From Actinomycetales bacterium (GTDB lineage Bacteria > Actinomycetota > Actinomycetes > Mycobacteriales > SCTD01), in contig JAKFFB010000045.1 in the NCBI GenBank assembly GCA_036675425.1, positions 11,408 to 35,407 on the forward strand: 24,000 nucleotides of DNA, given 5' to 3'. The notes beneath the pieces were generated by a model. That model had not been told where the DNA came from and did not search any database. It worked only from the letters and a program-made list of their open reading frames with translations. The translations under genes were made by a program, and so were the position numbers. Every line of letters begins with the position of its first letter. The stretch's first letter is position 1. Below, one piece after another: positions 23,616-24,000 of this stretch.

Positions 23616-24000
23616 TCAGACGTCCCGGAAGCGGTTGATCGCGTCGAGGTGCGTGGCCCGGAACTCCGCCGCCTCCGGCGAGACGCCGAGCCCCTCCTCG
23701 GGCGCGAGGCAGAGCACGCCGACCTTGCCCTGGTGCAGGTTCTTGTGCACGTCGTAGGCCGCCTGCCCGGTCTCCTCGAGCGAGTACGTCTTCGACAGCG
23801 TCGGGTGGATCTTGCCCTTGGCGATGAGCCGGTTGGCCTCCCAGCTCTCGCGGTAGTTCGCGAAGTGCGAGGAGACGATGCGCTTGAGGTTCATCCAGAG
23901 GTAGCGGTTGTCGTACTGGTGCATGTAGCCGCTCGTCGACGCGCAGGTCGTGATGACGCCGCCCTTGCGCGTGACGTAGACCGAGGCGCCGAAGGTCTCG
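23616..24000 (-). CDS. ccr: Crotonyl-CoA carboxylase/reductase, C-terminal fragment (5' end lies outside the window)
   Basis: The frame is open to the window edge. The translation ...ETFGASVYVTRKGGVITTCASTSGYMHQYDNRYLWMNLKRIVSSHFANYRESWEANRLIAKGKIHPTLSKTYSLEETGQAAYDVHKNLHQGKVGVLCLAPEEGLGV... matches the Ccr C-terminus as I recall it. The Met at 23924 is internal, not the start. Confidence 0.85.
   Translation of the reverse strand, partial: ETFGASVYVTRKGGVITTCASTSGYMHQYDNRYLWMNLKRIVSSHFANYRESWEANRLIAKGKIHPTLSKTYSLEETGQAAYDVHKNLHQGKVGVLCLAPEEGLGVSPEAAEFRATHLDAINRFRDV

Noticed and set aside
20034-23638. Plus-strand ORFs 20034..21152, 21253..22905 and 22178..23638.
   Set aside because: They are antisense to the LPXTG protein, the AI-2E permease and the DivIVA-like gene. 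Those three have a signal peptide with sorting signal, TM topology and a DivIVA motif respectively.

Overview
This is a very GC-rich actinobacterial chromosomal segment, densely coding. I call 26 protein genes (2 truncated by the window edges) and recognised no rRNA, tRNA, CRISPR array, IS element or prophage. All family calls rest on motif recognition by eye and recalled homolog sequences; no database search was run.

**Left end (conserved backbone).** It carries the tail of the F1Fo ATP synthase operon (atpG' - atpD - atpC - DUF2550), a convergent PduO-type cobalamin adenosyltransferase, an ECF sigma factor with a translationally coupled single-pass membrane protein, and murA.

**Block between murA and nucS.** This holds a STAS protein, a membrane-anchored metzincin, a fused B12-dependent acyl-CoA mutase of the MeaA/ethylmalonyl-CoA mutase type, a heliorhodopsin, and a MoxR-DUF58-transglutaminase triad.

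**Right of nucS.** Here lie a second STAS protein, a tandem-fused double 3-hydroxyacyl-CoA dehydrogenase, a small Cys/His protein, two alpha/beta hydrolases, an LPXTG surface protein, an AI-2E-family permease coupled to a DivIVA-domain coiled-coil protein, and the 3' end of crotonyl-CoA carboxylase/reductase (ccr).

**Most interesting observation.** The heliorhodopsin start codon overlaps the stop codon of the adenosylcobalamin-dependent mutase (GTGA at 10283-10286). A retinal photoreceptor of largely unknown function is therefore hard-wired to a light-labile-cofactor enzyme, and only 73 bp upstream of a MoxR/DUF58/transglutaminase module. I do not know this pairing to be described.

**Other points.**
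- TANNNT-N6/7-start geometry recurs, suggesting leaderless transcripts.
- Several long GC-rich hairpins sit at gene ends.
- The sigma-coupled membrane protein contains an internal domain duplication.
- MurA has Asp in place of the fosfomycin-target Cys.
- The transglutaminase triad reads Cys-His-Asn.

Many long ORFs in the supplied track are antisense or out-of-frame shadows typical of high-GC DNA and were rejected.
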